Assembly: GCA_017499595.2 (NCBI GenBank)
Contig: CM039003.1
Coordinates: 2,046,001 to 2,110,000, forward strand
DNA from: Psilocybe cubensis
Lineage: Eukaryota
Direction: 5' to 3'
Length of the DNA stretch: 64,000 nt
Shown: positions 25,501-38,560 of the stretch, piece after piece
Layout of the letters: every line of letters starts with the position of its first letter
Position numbering within the stretch: position 1 is the stretch's first letter
Made by a program: the position numbers and the translations under genes
Notes under the pieces: model-generated
The model's input: the letters and a program-made list of their open reading frames with translations, nothing else
What the model was told of the DNA's origin: nothing
The model's database searches: none

Positions 25501-28500
25501 AAAAAAGGCATAAATAAACGCGAATAGACTTACCTAAAGAGCTTCGCATCTTCGCCCCAGAACGCCTCGCTCTTGTTGATCGCTTGGATCGGCACACTGA
25601 TTATGTCCCACTTGCGTACGGAAATGGTAGACCTTCTATTCCCATGGATATCCACATTCTGGTCCATGGTGGTGCGACCCCGGTCATCAATAGCGTCGAC
25701 CTGTGCGTTTGACTTGCGAGGTAGCACTGCCTGGACAGGGATTTCGTCCTCGTCGCGCATGCACACTCGCATCGTGTTTGTAACCGGTGCGTGTACTCTG
25801 AGAGACTCACGAACGACCCAGTCCAGATAGCCGCATCGAGCAATCCGCTCTGTGAGATCCTCGTGATCGCTCTTCGGAGGTGGAGACTGCTGCGTCCGAT
25901 CGGCAGCATCAAGTTTTCTCAACTCGACTCGTAGCTTTTCTTGCGCTGGCCGATTATTAGCGAGCGCATATAGACACCATGTTAGGGCCGAAGACGTTGT
26001 TTCGTGGCCAGCAGCTAGGAACGTAGATATTTGGCTTAGAACCTCATCTTCCGACATTTGTTGCGACGCGTCCGATGATAAATTGGATTGGACTGAATGC
26101 AAGTGTGAAAAAAGTTGTTTGAGTCAGATCCGGTAGTGTAAATTTTACCAAACCAACTCACTGAGAACACTCAGCAGGTCTCTTCCACGCAGCTCTTTAG
26201 GACCTTGTGACCGCGCTGTGGATTGATCCTGCAAAGGGCCGATCTTTGCCGGTTCGTGTAAGTATGAGTCTCGCTCATGCTGGATTGCCTTGCGTTTTTC
26301 ATCTATCAGTTCAAGGCCGATTCGGCGCATCGTCGCCTTGGCTTGCGCCATCGCAGCATTATTTCGTCTCTACGAAAAGGAAAGGAAACAATGTGGTCAG
26401 TAAATGCCGTTATGCCTTTAAACATAAAGAGGTTTGGAAAAAGTTCAGAACAATAACCCGAAATGATTGAATTACCAAAAGGTTGGCAGTGATGTGGCAT
26501 AATCAGAAAATCAAAAGTAACAATTTGACCGTAAATGCAAGTATCCACATGTCAAAGATAACCGCCAGTGCCTAATGAAATGATATAAAAAGAAAGCAAC
26601 ACAACAAAACCCGACAACTCTCCACTAACGCCGCGAAGCCAAGAAGATATTCCCGTAATAAGCGCCTCGTGCTGTTTCGCGCCGCAGGCGGCGTGTGCGT
26701 CTGTGGCATCAAACAAGGGAAACACCCGTTGAAATCGCCAAAGCATGCCCAGCTTGAGAATGAACACTCTAAAATAACATAAAAAACGAAGGGAAAAGCG
26801 AAGGGAAAAATCATGAATCACAGATCATGGATTCACAATCACCAACACACGATGATGTAAAAAAGTTCCATAGAGTCCCAGAAGCTGATTGATGTGAAGC
26901 CATCTTAACCAACCAAAAGCCTGCCCGCCAACACGACAGTCTGACCCATCATGGAGATTTTGATTCGTCATCTTTCGGGATTGGGGAGCCAAACAAACTC
27001 GGGAGAAGACAAGGCGTAAAACACAGAAAGAAAAATCAAAACCGAACCAGGCTCGTTCAGCTAGAATTGGATTATTTGGATTTCCAAAATTTGGCATCAA
27101 ATCAAAGTGATCTGTTTTTGGCATCCGATCTATGGAACGGAGCCCACATCGCAGAGATAAGAATATAAGAAATATAGAACTCTGGAGCGAGGTAGGGCAT
27201 GGGTTGCATAGTATTTTTGATGTTCTCCAATCCAGTCCCATGTCCAACTTTGTCAGAATCAATCAAAATCGAGCCCAAAAAAGAGTTAATGCTCTGAAGG
27301 TATAAACCCACATGAAAAATAGAGAAGAAAGAAAAGAAAGTATACATCAGAACACACACTCATGAAGATGCGAAAATCAGATCAAGACCAAGATTTAGAG
27401 GATCGAAAATAAAATCAGGCTAACGACCTGGTTTGCTATGACCCTATCAACCATCTTGTGGTCTCAATCAAAACAGAAAGTGTGTATGAAGAAATCCGGA
27501 GTTGAAAAGAGATTCGTCGATCAAGAGTCAAGACATGACGGAATCTGTGCTCTGCAACTCGTTTTCTGCGCACGAGAATGAAAGAAGCGGTCACTTGTGA
27601 ACCAAAAAAACGCGCAAGGCCAAAAAGAAAAAAAAAAAAAAGTAAAATGCATGCTGCGCATCGAGTGAAGAATATTACTTGAAGAGCGTAGAACTTCAAA
27701 GCAGGAACAAAGGATCGAGTCGTTCCTTCAACGCAGGTTGAGGTTGAGATTGCCTAAAAATAGACGCAACGGAAGCAAAATGCACGGGCCTTGGCAATGT
27801 AATTGGACCGAGGTTTGCCGATGAAAATGATTGGATGGCAAGTCCAAACTCCACAACGGGGCCAGCAACGGTGAGCCACCGCATCAGAAACAAGACTCCG
27901 CGGCGTATACAAAGCTGCGACAGGCATACGACAGACGAAAGAGCGCGACGTGATAAGAACAAAAATATAAATGGCCTTTGCGCAAAGCAAAGAAGTCGCA
28001 AAGGTGAAGAAAAAGGAAGGAATGGAAAAAATAACGGTCAACTCACAAATCGTCGTAGGAACGGAAACCAAGCTTGGAGGATCGTCATGACACGAAACTT
28101 GCGGGCGGTGGAGAAGATGACGCTGAAGGCGCGTGCGAGTTCATTGGAATCATCTGTCAGCGCGTTGAATGCGTAGCCAAAACCTAGTATATTTTGATAT
28201 GATTATATTGGAGGTCTATTAAAGTACAAGTAAAAAAAGAATACGAACCTGCAAGGCCTATTACATCAAGAGTTGCGCGGCCTAGCCAAACGAGGACGTC
28301 GATACGGGTGATAGAGTTTTCGCGGCCTGGATCAAACGAAGCTGAATCAACCTCGGTAAGCCAAATGTCGCGTAGCTAATGAGGGCGAATAAGCCGTGCT
28401 CATTTACGAAAAGACATTGGGAGGTTACCTCGGTAGCTTTGTCCCAGAAGATGGGAGACAAGGATTTGATATGCCCAGCGGAGAACGCTGGAGCCTGAAA

Positions 28501-29027
28501 TGGGTTGAAAGTCACGTTGTGGGAAAATGATGATAAGATAAAAATACAAGGGGAACAACAGCCTGCCACTAACCAAGATCTTGCGCTGGAATATGTCAAA
28601 AAATGGGACATAGTCATGGTAATTGGAGCAGACCTACCTGGCGTCTGTGATCAGCGCCCTCGACCACGAGGAGGCCGTCGTGACCTGCAGCCATACTAGC
28701 GAGACTTTCCCTGACGAAGTCTGGTTTGGGGTAGTGATACGCGTTGCCGAGGATATGTGCAATGGCGACGGGGTCGGTGGTCATAAGACGACAGCCGCCA
28801 ATGAAGCCGCGATAGACGAAGGTGGTGCCGTAGGAGTTGACCCAGTTTGCGATGAGATTATTGTTTTCCATGTCGTGCATCTGCTCGAGATTGCCCATGA
28901 AGAAGGAGGGCGAAGGAGGGCCGGGAAGACGACGGAGGGGCGAGCATAGCTGGCGGAAGAGGAGGAGGAGAAAGTCGCGGAGAAGGGCGAGGGCGACGAG
29001 GAGGACAAGGAAGACGAAGAGATACAT
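22588..29027 (-). CDS. Cytochrome P450, 10 exons (29027-28638, 28585-28574, 28494-28429, 28375-28249, 28183-28047, 26369-26162, 26092-25534, 24539-24405, 23093-23013, 22753-22588), 626 aa
   Basis: N-terminal TM helix plus LPGPPSPS hinge, I-helix AAGHETT, ESLR (ExxR), FRPERW and heme Cys in GNRSCIG. All nine introns are GT-AG, and the exons sum to 1881 nt in one frame. Confidence 0.92.
23094..24404 (-). other. Giant spliceosomal intron 8 of the P450 (1311 nt)
   Basis: GTGAGT donor, GCTAAT branch site and TAG acceptor. Splicing restores [14 protein letters not shown] (L helix). Confidence 0.85.
24540..25533 (-). other. Giant spliceosomal intron 7 of the P450 (994 nt)
   Basis: GTAAGT donor, ACTAAC branch site and CAG acceptor. 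Splicing restores FR|PERW. Confidence 0.88.
26370..28046 (-). other. Giant spliceosomal intron 5 of the P450 (1677 nt)
   Basis: GTGAGT donor, CTGAC branch site (26396-26400), polypyrimidine tract and TAG acceptor. Joins [16 protein letters not shown] in phase 0. Confidence 0.85.
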
Positions 29028-29096
29028 TCGGCTATTCAAAAACACAAGTGGACGGATTCATATACAAACTTGTTCCGAGCAGACCGATCAACTGAC

Positions 29097-30789
29097 ATGT
29101 CTGCTGTCCCCGACGAGTCCGACTCGCTGCTCACACTCCCTCTCACAGAACAACTCCTTGCCACTCATCCAAATGCCCTACAAACACCCGTTACCCACGT
29201 TCGCCCCATAGATCTTGTCCACGCCTACTGCACCGGCTCCAGTCTCGCCCTCCCTCGCCATATCCGCACCTTCGTCCACGCCGTTCGCACCCAACAGCTC
29301 CCCCGCGAGCCACTCAACTCCTTCCATGTCCGTCCCTTGCCTTTCTCCCAGGGGATGTCGCCGAAAAAGGCCCATGAGGTCTCGCGCATGGCGTCCTATA
29401 TTCTCCGTCTCGTCCGCCATCTAGATCAACATGCTCTACACATCGTCGACATCGGCGCAGGCCAGGGCTACCTCACCCGTGCCCTCAAAGCATATCTCCC
29501 CCATGCGCACATCCTCGCCCTAGATGCTGACAACGAACAAACTCTCGGCGCACAGCGATGGGAAAATCGCGTTCTTCTAAACGCAAATCCGTCGATCGAT
29601 CACAAAGTAATTTTTATATCGCCGGAGTCCCTTCTGAAAGCGCTTGATGATTGGGTTGGCCCCCGTCCAAATCCTGTACCAGTCCTGTTTGTCGCACTCC
29701 ATGCCTGTGGATCGCTGACACCCGATATCTTGCGCGCATATATCCATGCAACTCACAATCCAAATACAAATTGGCGCACAGCAGGCCTCGTTGCTGTCGG
29801 TTGCTGCTACAATCTTATGAACCCATCAGGTAATAAACTGATCGCTTCACTTGTATTTTGGATAACTCACAAAGTTGGCCTCAGATTTCCCAGTCGCAAC
29901 TCGACACCTCCCAATAGCCGCGTACCATCTCGCCGCCCAGATACCGTCTCAATGGCTGACATCGATAGATCCTCCTACCTTCGACCCTTCTGTAGAGCTT
30001 TCAATTCGTAAAGTGACTTGGCGTGCTCTCCTAGGAAAAGCACTTCAACGTGCCGTTCCAGATCCCAACTATCGGGAAAGTGCCAACGACGCCGCGATAA
30101 AATCAGCGACTGTTCCAGCACGATGGTCCCGCCGTCCAGAAATGACTGAAGAAACCCTGTCCACGTTGGAACCTCAGCTAAAATTTGACGCCCCAGAATC
30201 GGGAACTGGACTCACAGAGCCATTACTCCGTCTAGGACGCCTTCGCGACTCCGCGTATGTCTCTTGGAACACTTTTCTGCGTGCTGCTGAGCAACGCATG
30301 GGTGTTCTGTTCCACCCCGATGACTTTGAGGCAGAAGGCAAAGGCGAAAAGGCCGAGATACGCGATGGAGATAATGTCAATGAAAGGGGGAAGGGTGGCA
30401 GCGATGATCTGCGCCCAGGCCGAGACACCACCCTCGAGAACGACCTCGCTGCCCACCACGTTCTCCGCTGTCTCTTGGGCCCCGTGATAGAATCTGCCAT
30501 TCTGCGGGATCGTTTGACTTGGGTTCGACGCGGCCTCTGTAATCGCGTACAGAGCGATCTCGATCATTCAACTCGAAGACCAATTCAAACCCTTCAACAA
30601 GCTGGGGCCACAGAACCGACAGAACAGGGATCAGACGCGTACGCGGAAAGAGATTGTGGGGACGCACAAAGAGCAGAACTCGTCAATCTGTTCGACCAGG
30701 CAACAGGTAGCGGGCGTAATGTTGCGATTGTCGTAGCACCGGTTCGATATTTTCCCTCGACGAGTGCCGAAGATGGAGTCGAGAGTTGA
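29097..30789 (+). CDS. METTL25/RRNAD1-like methyltransferase (Methyltransf_32); intron 29830-29884
   Basis: MSPKKAHEV, IVDIGAGQGYL, LHACGSLT, VGCCYN and LFDQATGSGRNVAIV motifs. Confidence 0.85.
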
Positions 30790-33199
30790 GAATGGTGAAC
30801 ATTGAAATCTCAATTTTTATGGTGAGGAGAGGTGGCGGTGGCGGTGGCGCATGCCTCGTCGAATTTCGATTGCGTTTATGGGTTTGAATTTTGGGCACTT
30901 CGGGGACTCGGTATCCAAAGGCGTTCTCTTGCAGGCATGGTCCATTTGGTTGGTGCTTCCAAGTTTCAACTTGGTTGAAGGTCTGAGAGATATCTTGAAG
31001 ACGGAGTACGCACTGCAATACCTCGTTATAACTTCCTTCACCTCGAGGCTACATGTTTTCTTGTCTTCCAGAGCATTTAGAACCTCTCCTGGCAGAGAAA
31101 TTCGCCATTATGCAATGCTAAAGTTTTTATAGGGATTCCAGGAATTTAATAGCAAGGGGGAAGATTGAGCAAATGAAATGTATTACTCGCCTCTGCAAAT
31201 TCGTTCAAAGGCGGTTTTCAACACGCATACAGCCGTAGAAGATCGTGTTTACTATATGTTTTGGAGCAGTGGCCGTCGCGCCGTCGCGCGCCTAATTCGG
31301 ACTTGCACCGATCATGTGACCTTGAGTAGGTGTGTTCGCGCCTTGAAGCTTGAACGTTGAACGTAACCGCCATCTCCGTATGAACGTTGAAAGATTCAAC
31401 TTTGCACCTTGACTCAAAACTTCTGCCTCCACACCTTGACTGGTGCACGAATTCTGCCAAAATCTGGCTCCACAAAACTTCATAACCTAGCTCCTGGGAA
31501 AGTTTCAAGAACGAAGACGCGGTTTAGATGGCTTTAACCAAACTGAGCTCGACAAAGATCCCACCTGTGGGAGGACCTGTGGCCGACTTATCAAAGGAAA
31601 GCTGCCCAGCCACTACAACAATCTTACCTTGCTGCTAGTATCAATATCGTTTTTCCTTCAACTGAAAGCGCATCACATGCGAACTAAAGAATCGTATATC
31701 TCATGGAACTTTTGGATTCGGCACCGTCATCGATTGATGTCGGTCGTATGAGGTTCAAAGATTGACTAGGTGCCTCGTATGTGCCTTGTACCACTGGACG
31801 CAATGCGGGGGGTTGCCATCGTTTCACTCAATGTTTTCCTCGCGACCTCGGACATGCGAACGTGCAGGAAGTCAGCAAACGTGAGCAGACATGAGCATGA
31901 CCGGAGAAATAGACCTTGACATGCAACCTCGAAGAACAACGGCGCTTCGTTCTGGCCGGTGCGACTGTTTTTGTCTGGGCGACAATGACTTTGTGAAAAC
32001 TCACACACCCATATTATTATCAGCCTTTCTGGCCAAACTAGGGAGCTTGCGGTGGCTTTTCTGAACATCTGCGCTAAACTCGAAATTGCAGGGATTCTTC
32101 TGGGAGGACTTTTGAGCTGCGTTTTCCATTCTCATAAAACAATTTGAAATACATTCGCTGTCCGCCACCTTCACGTCGACGGTCCAGATTTTGAAGGCGG
32201 CACTTGACTGGGAAGTTAGCAAACTAACAAATGGGTTCATGTGTCTGTTTTCCGTGGTTGGGGTATGACAAGCTAGAATGGTTTCTGTCAAATGCCCTGG
32301 CAGAGATTGAACTGCGCCTGCCAGCCTGAAAATCGTGAATCGGTCTTAGAGTGCAATGATCATTGGTCTCGAGGGGGAATTGCGCGGTAATCAACTTTAA
32401 CCCTTGTCTTCTCACTCGATCGTTGACCCCACTGCTACCCACGTAGACGGGACCGCAACATCCACGAGGGTACTAACGCAAAACTAAAGCGATGCCCTAC
32501 TAGAACACGATTTGAATAGGGGCCTTTTGTCATTGGTTTGTAAGTCTCATTTTCGTTCACTTCTAACCGCTTCTCGAAATGGTGTTATTGAGCATCTTTG
32601 GGGATGGTTTATTTCAAGAAAAAAATAACGAAACCACTGGGTTGCTGTTTCTTTCTTTGCATATTTTAGTTTATCCGTGACGTTCGTAGACTCGCGTTCC
32701 GCCAAAGCACCAGCCATCGGAACACGCTACTTTTCGCCAAAGCTCTTTACACCATTGATAAAGTCTAGACTGGAAGACACGATGAATAGAATTAGATGGA
32801 ATACGCGCTTTTCCCAAAGCCCTTTTGCCCAAATGTTGCCGCAATCGTGGCTTTTTTGGCTCGCGATGATGCTCGGTGTCATGGAAATAATGGGGCACAG
32901 AAGCGACGACCAAGCATGTCTGAAGCCGTCCTTATTTTTGCTCGACTTGTGTGGGGCATTTTTCCTTCAAACATATCTGATTAGCAGCTAGCTGCTTCTT
33001 TGGCTTGACATAAAGCTACTAGTCCCGAAAGGGAAATGACCATATTCGCTTGGTGATGAAGCATCGGAATCCGGCTCGCCCTTGATCACGGTTATGTCAT
33101 TTATGTGTCGCGTTCTTTCAATTTTTGCTTATATCCGTTCAAGTGATCAATTCAGGGTTGCCAAACGAGGTCGGAATGGCTTATTCGTCATAATGAAAA

Positions 33200-33960
33200 A
33201 CGTCAACAATGTCATAAAATGGAGGCGGGCTTCTTCACTTCTCAGCAATCGTACCTCTTGGTTCTGAGTGAATTACCATCTCTCGAAAGTGTTGAGCTCT
33301 ATGGGGTTGCAATTGACTTCTTTCTCCAATCCACCCGTTCTGTTGTCCGTCGCGCCACTGTAAACTCTCAGTACTCTTGGATGCGTTTTACAATCTTGAA
33401 ATACACTGGTTCGTTTTATTAATTCTTTTTTCAGGCAATGAAGTAGAACTGCGGGCTTCAAGTAGCTAGTCGACGCCAGATTCTTTTTGAATCCTAGGTA
33501 GCGTACGAACTGGAATCTGAACGCTCTCATTTTGATCCATGGTTTTTAGAAATGCGGGACGACCCGCCTGGTCACTAGATTGGTAAATCAGAACATTTGT
33601 ATTGCTTATTCCAGGATTTTGCGACGGATGATGATATTTGCTTTCGGCACATATCTCTTGGCCAGACATTTTCAAAGTAGTGCTCCTTATTATTCGATGG
33701 AACGGAGGATTTTGAAGAGAAGGAATTATCGTCTATCAAGGCGTCATGTTAAGCGCCTCATATCGTTGATTATTTCAAAACCATTTGTGCCAGTAGCTCG
33801 CTAATTTACTTGGTAAGAGAGGCTGTTGCATGGCAGAACTCGTATGCTATGCCTGCTACTACAATAACCTCTCACTGCTTGATATTTTAGATTTAGAGAT
33901 CGAATCTATCCCTGAAAATGAATCACATATGTGGATTGGAACTGCAAGCATACTAGCGAT
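33200..33960 (+). pseudogene. Possible decayed LRR/F-box-like coding remnant
   Basis: Short peptide-like fragments (VLSELPSLESVELYGVAI; NNLSLLDILDLEI) interrupted by stops and frameshifts. No continuous model could be built. Confidence 0.2.
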
Positions 33961-36900
33961 TTCACTCTGAACATTCCCACTGTATGATTGAATGATTTAT
34001 GGAAGTTCAATGCGTCAGTCCCTCCTTCCTCAGTATGATGTGGTGGTGAAATAAATTTAAACGCCATACAGTCTCGTATCACAGTTGTATTTTTCACCGC
34101 CGATGGCTGTGAGAAGTTAAAATGGGGTCCAACTGCGAATAGTGTGAGTGCGTACCTCTACAGTACCGCGGAGTACTGTCAGTGCTCGTCCTACTACCCA
34201 TGTCACATTGGCACTAGATATTCCCCCGCTTGAGTGAAACTGTTTAGAAGCCTGGACATGTTTTCACTGCGATACGGGCTTCGATATACTAGTGGCAAGT
34301 GTGGTTGCCGTAGGTGGAATGGTCAACGCCACCTTATTCTGGTATACTAAACTCGTTTTCGCAATTTTGAAACAGACAAGTTAACTCGGGCATTGGTTTT
34401 CGAAAAAAAATAGAACGAGTTGTCGAGGACTCAGTCGGGTTGTCGGAGGCGCTTCATGATTTTTGAATTCGAGAAGTTGTATGGTAATTCTACCCCCAAA
34501 CGTACTACTACACCAAATTAAAAGCATGAACTTGAAGAAGCAAAGAATTTACTCTTCAAGCTTTGAATGGCAGAATTATCAATACTCGGGCTCCAGTAGA
34601 TTCAGGATGAATCAACGTCCCTCAAAATCCCTCACTACCCGTTGAAATAATCAAGCCTGTGTCCTCGCACCTAAACTTCAAATTTCAAATTAGACGCCAC
34701 AAATCCTTTTTTTCAGAAAGCTTGCATGATATAGGAGTAAACGTATTATCAAACTTATGTTTCCAGTCTGATTGATCAAGTTTGGCGTAAAGGAAGTAAT
34801 TTTATCTGCAACAGGGTTGACATAGAGAATGAATGTTAAGCTATTCCAGTACCATCCTTGGGATCGGCTGACCGCCCTTTGAAAAGGGCGAAAGGACTAT
34901 CATTCAATACCATCAAAAAGGATTTCAGAGCTTTTCCGCATCATCTCCTTCCTCCCTAAATCTTTGTTCATAGTAGCCGTACCTATTTATAGGTTTACCA
35001 AATAATACCATTGAGCCTGTGTTTGAATGCGGAAACCAACCCTGAAAATCGAAAGACCCTCCCACCCGGGTTTATCGATTCAGAAGGGACCAAAATCAGG
35101 AAAACTGCTGGTTGATGATGTACGAAAGGTCGCCCTTTGAGCTCTCTAACGCTCGTAGCCAGAATATACATCCATTACTAAATTCCCACTTGAAATAAAG
35201 TGATTTGATGAATGGATAGGATATTTTGTTGATCGGGAGAAATTCTCAGTACTTACTACTGATTTATTAACGTGCATCGTCACTAGGTAGAAAGTTCGCA
35301 CTTTTTGCAGCGATTGTGAGCGTGACGATGAAGCTTTAAGATCGTGTTGCAGGTTAACCTGGGTAGGACTCCTCGACAAATTGATCGTCTTGAGTTGCCG
35401 TTTGAGGTTTTGAACTGGTTCTTTGATCATAATACCACCTCCAAGTTCCGATCAGTCGAACTCAAATGCCTTTGGTTGGAAATAGGTATACAGTGCCTGT
35501 AGAAGAAGGGGATTGAGGAGGAAACACTGTACATAGATGCTCTTTGGGCGTGCGCGTGGAGATTCTCGGGTTGCTGGACGTAGTGAGAACTATGTAATTT
35601 CTGAGTCGGGAGCACTACGGTTCCATCGTCAGCACAATTATAGGTTACCGATCAATTAGAGCGTACATAAGTCCAGGTCATTACCTAGTACATGATATCA
35701 ATTGCACCATCAAGATGGGAGTAGCATTTAAAGGGGGCACAGCCTGTATGGGAATGATCAAGGAAAGATACAGCGTACATGAGTGAAGACGGTGAGATGA
35801 CTACCACTGCCAGCCTTGCTAGAATTAATTTAAATCTTGTTTATCAAATGTCCTGTGAGTTCGCAGCGGGAAGGACATGCTTATGGTGGAATGTGAATTG
35901 AGAAAGAGGAGAGGATTCAAGCATGAGGGGGAAAGTTGGGTGTGATTGAAAATTAACCCTGCCGGTTGTTCCAGATAGTGACAGCCTATAGATCTTTAAG
36001 CCTTCGGCAGAAGATCTGGGGGCAATCAAGGTTGACAGAATGTTTTGCTTTAGGTGGGATTGGCACATTGTCAAAGGGTGAGAGTGCTATCAGGCACAAG
36101 ATCCCAAAAGCGAAAGATGGGGACGGCGGGAAAGCGCGCGACATGACTTAGCAAACCGGTTCGGATAGAGCTGGATCGGCAATAAACTGGTTCTATTAAT
36201 GGGAACTACACATTGAGGCGAGAATTCCATTAGGGATAGCACAAGGGGAAGAAGTAGAGAAGTTGATGTGTGTGTAAACTTGGATGCCCAATTCCAACAG
36301 CACGGAATCAAACAAAATTCGGCTACCAAATTAAGTCATCTTGGGCAGGAACCACTGCATGAGATACCTGTGCACTTTCGTCGAAATCGGTGCATCGGGG
36401 TCAGGCCGGACCGTCTAAAATGTCTTCAATATGATATGAAAGTCCAGTCGATGCCTCCATTGCTAAGCATGCTCGAAAGCGTCGATCGAAATAATTAAGA
36501 CGTTAAATCCGTTGTTTTGTGAGTGACCGATCTACTCATGACTCCTGGATCAATCACGGTGATTTGACCTGTAGCTGTCGAACAACAGACAAACTTTACC
36601 CGACTCTGCAAGAGATATTCCAAACCATCTAGACCTCCGTAATTGGGAGCATTGTATCACAGACAGACGGGAGTTTGTGGTCCTTCAAGAATGTTCGGAT
36701 CAGTTTCCTAATCTCGTCGATATTTTCAGATGCAGCAAAATGAAGCCAAATGTATCCAGGCCTTCAAATCATATTTACCGATGGACTTAGAGTGCCAGGC
36801 CCTGGGAATCTTTTAATTGAAAGAGTTCTGGAGGACATAATGTCTATGCAGGGTGTAATCAACATCCATTCTCTAATATGAACACAGAAAGGCAGTAGCG

Positions 36901-37331
36901 CAATAACTCACCATGCGAGAGCATCTGAATGCAAATGCTGCGTGTGAATTGCTTATCCGTTAACGAGTAATGACTAGCAAAATCTTCAATAGCAGGCTAT
37001 CAAGATAGAGGCAGATTGCGACAGACACTGGTCAATGCTCGAGGACATCGTCAGATGATATGTTATGACAAAACTCTCGTGCTCGGAAATGACCTCAATT
37101 CATATGGTGACTTGATTTTGCTTCGGGTTGAAAACATCAACATCGGTAGTTGTGCGGGACAAGCTGGTGAAGAGTGTCAAATGGGAATGATATCGGAGGC
37201 CCATCAGAAGAAGGGAAGTTAAGTCCCGTTGTGATAGCATGTAATACTCCTGACGGAGGGAGAATCGTAATTATAAGTCTCACCGGAGACTTTGAATTTT
37301 TTTAATATTGCGCCAGTCTCCAGGGTTCCTA

Positions 37332-38389
37332 TCACGGTCCAATCAAAGTCCAGGTCGAAATATCTTTTCCGATTTTAAGAGTAACAGCGTTGGCTTCAAA
37401 AGCTCCTACGTTGGGGGATGAAATCTGTGAGGCGTAGCGCTCGTTGAGAGTTATCACAGTTTCGGGTGGTAAACATTTGATGGAAGGGAAATCCTCATTT
37501 AGAGAAGCGTTAGTCTCTGGGAAAGAACTAACATTCGAGACAGAGGGGATTGCTCGATGTCCTTCGGCGTGATCTGAGCTACACAGAAGTGCCCAAGCGA
37601 TGGAGGCGTGAAATCTAGGTTTGACGTAATATGTTTGCTGGCGAATAGCTTCCAGTGTGGGAGCAATTGCATCCGTTAAAGAACGTAGCTATTTAGATTG
37701 TTGGTCAAAGTATTCAAATGATGATTGTGTTAGACTCACCTCGTGATGTCCAGCTCCTACTTCCATGGTCAAGAATGTCCTGGTTTTCTCATCGTTGATC
37801 AGCTCCGATAATATCGCGAACGATACAGTAAACCTAGAGGCATTTCGAGATATGAGAATGGAGAAAGTTGTGCAATGTGATCAGGACACACGCTCTATGC
37901 CTATTTGCAACTTTTTTCACAGCCCTTTTCAAGTCCTCTCTCTGGTGAGCTCGGAGGAAGATGGGCCGCGACAAAGAAATATGGAGTTCAGGGCGTTGTT
38001 GAGAAGTCCATATCTCGTGCAGAGCTGGTATAGCTTTCTTGGCATCGTAAAGAATAGCTTGAACAACCTTGTACAGCATTGAATTGCGACCTAGGGGTAA
38101 TGAGACGTACACATGTGCAGCAAATTGCCCCTCTACATGTGGTGTTGTCCGTATTCGGCCCTGATGAAGAGCCGGGTTGTCCACTGGGGATGGAATAGTA
38201 ATTGTGGAGGACGGAGGTGGTAATTTCTTTCTACAAAGTATGCACAATGAACATGAAAGTGGGATAGCTTTGAAATATGTACCTTTTTTTGGGAGGAGGA
38301 TCCGGGCAGGTTCCTTTAGGTTGGACGACACAAGGACTTTCTTCATCTGAGGATGCGTAGGCTACGAGAGCCGATAGTGCTCGTTTCAT
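37332..38389 (-). CDS. USB1: U6 snRNA phosphodiesterase (2H family), multi-exon
   Basis: LVAYASSDEE N-terminus, HQGRIRTTPHVEGQFAAHVY, and two HxS motifs (LHISLSR, FHASIAW). Confidence 0.92.
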
Positions 38390-38560
38390 CACGAGCAGGG
38401 TCACTGAGTTGAACGCTAGTTGAACGTTTTGAACGTCGTATTCAAGATGCATCGGTTATTAGACCAACCCTAACCTTGAGTGCAGTCGGCAAGTGCCATA
38501 CACCTGATTAGATTATAGCATTCAAGCCGATAAGATCACCCACCTCTCTCTAACCTCAAA

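Noticed and set aside
34873-34900. Helitron-like terminal hairpin CGCCCTTTGAAAAGGGCG
   Set aside because: No CTRR terminus at the expected distance and no other element features.
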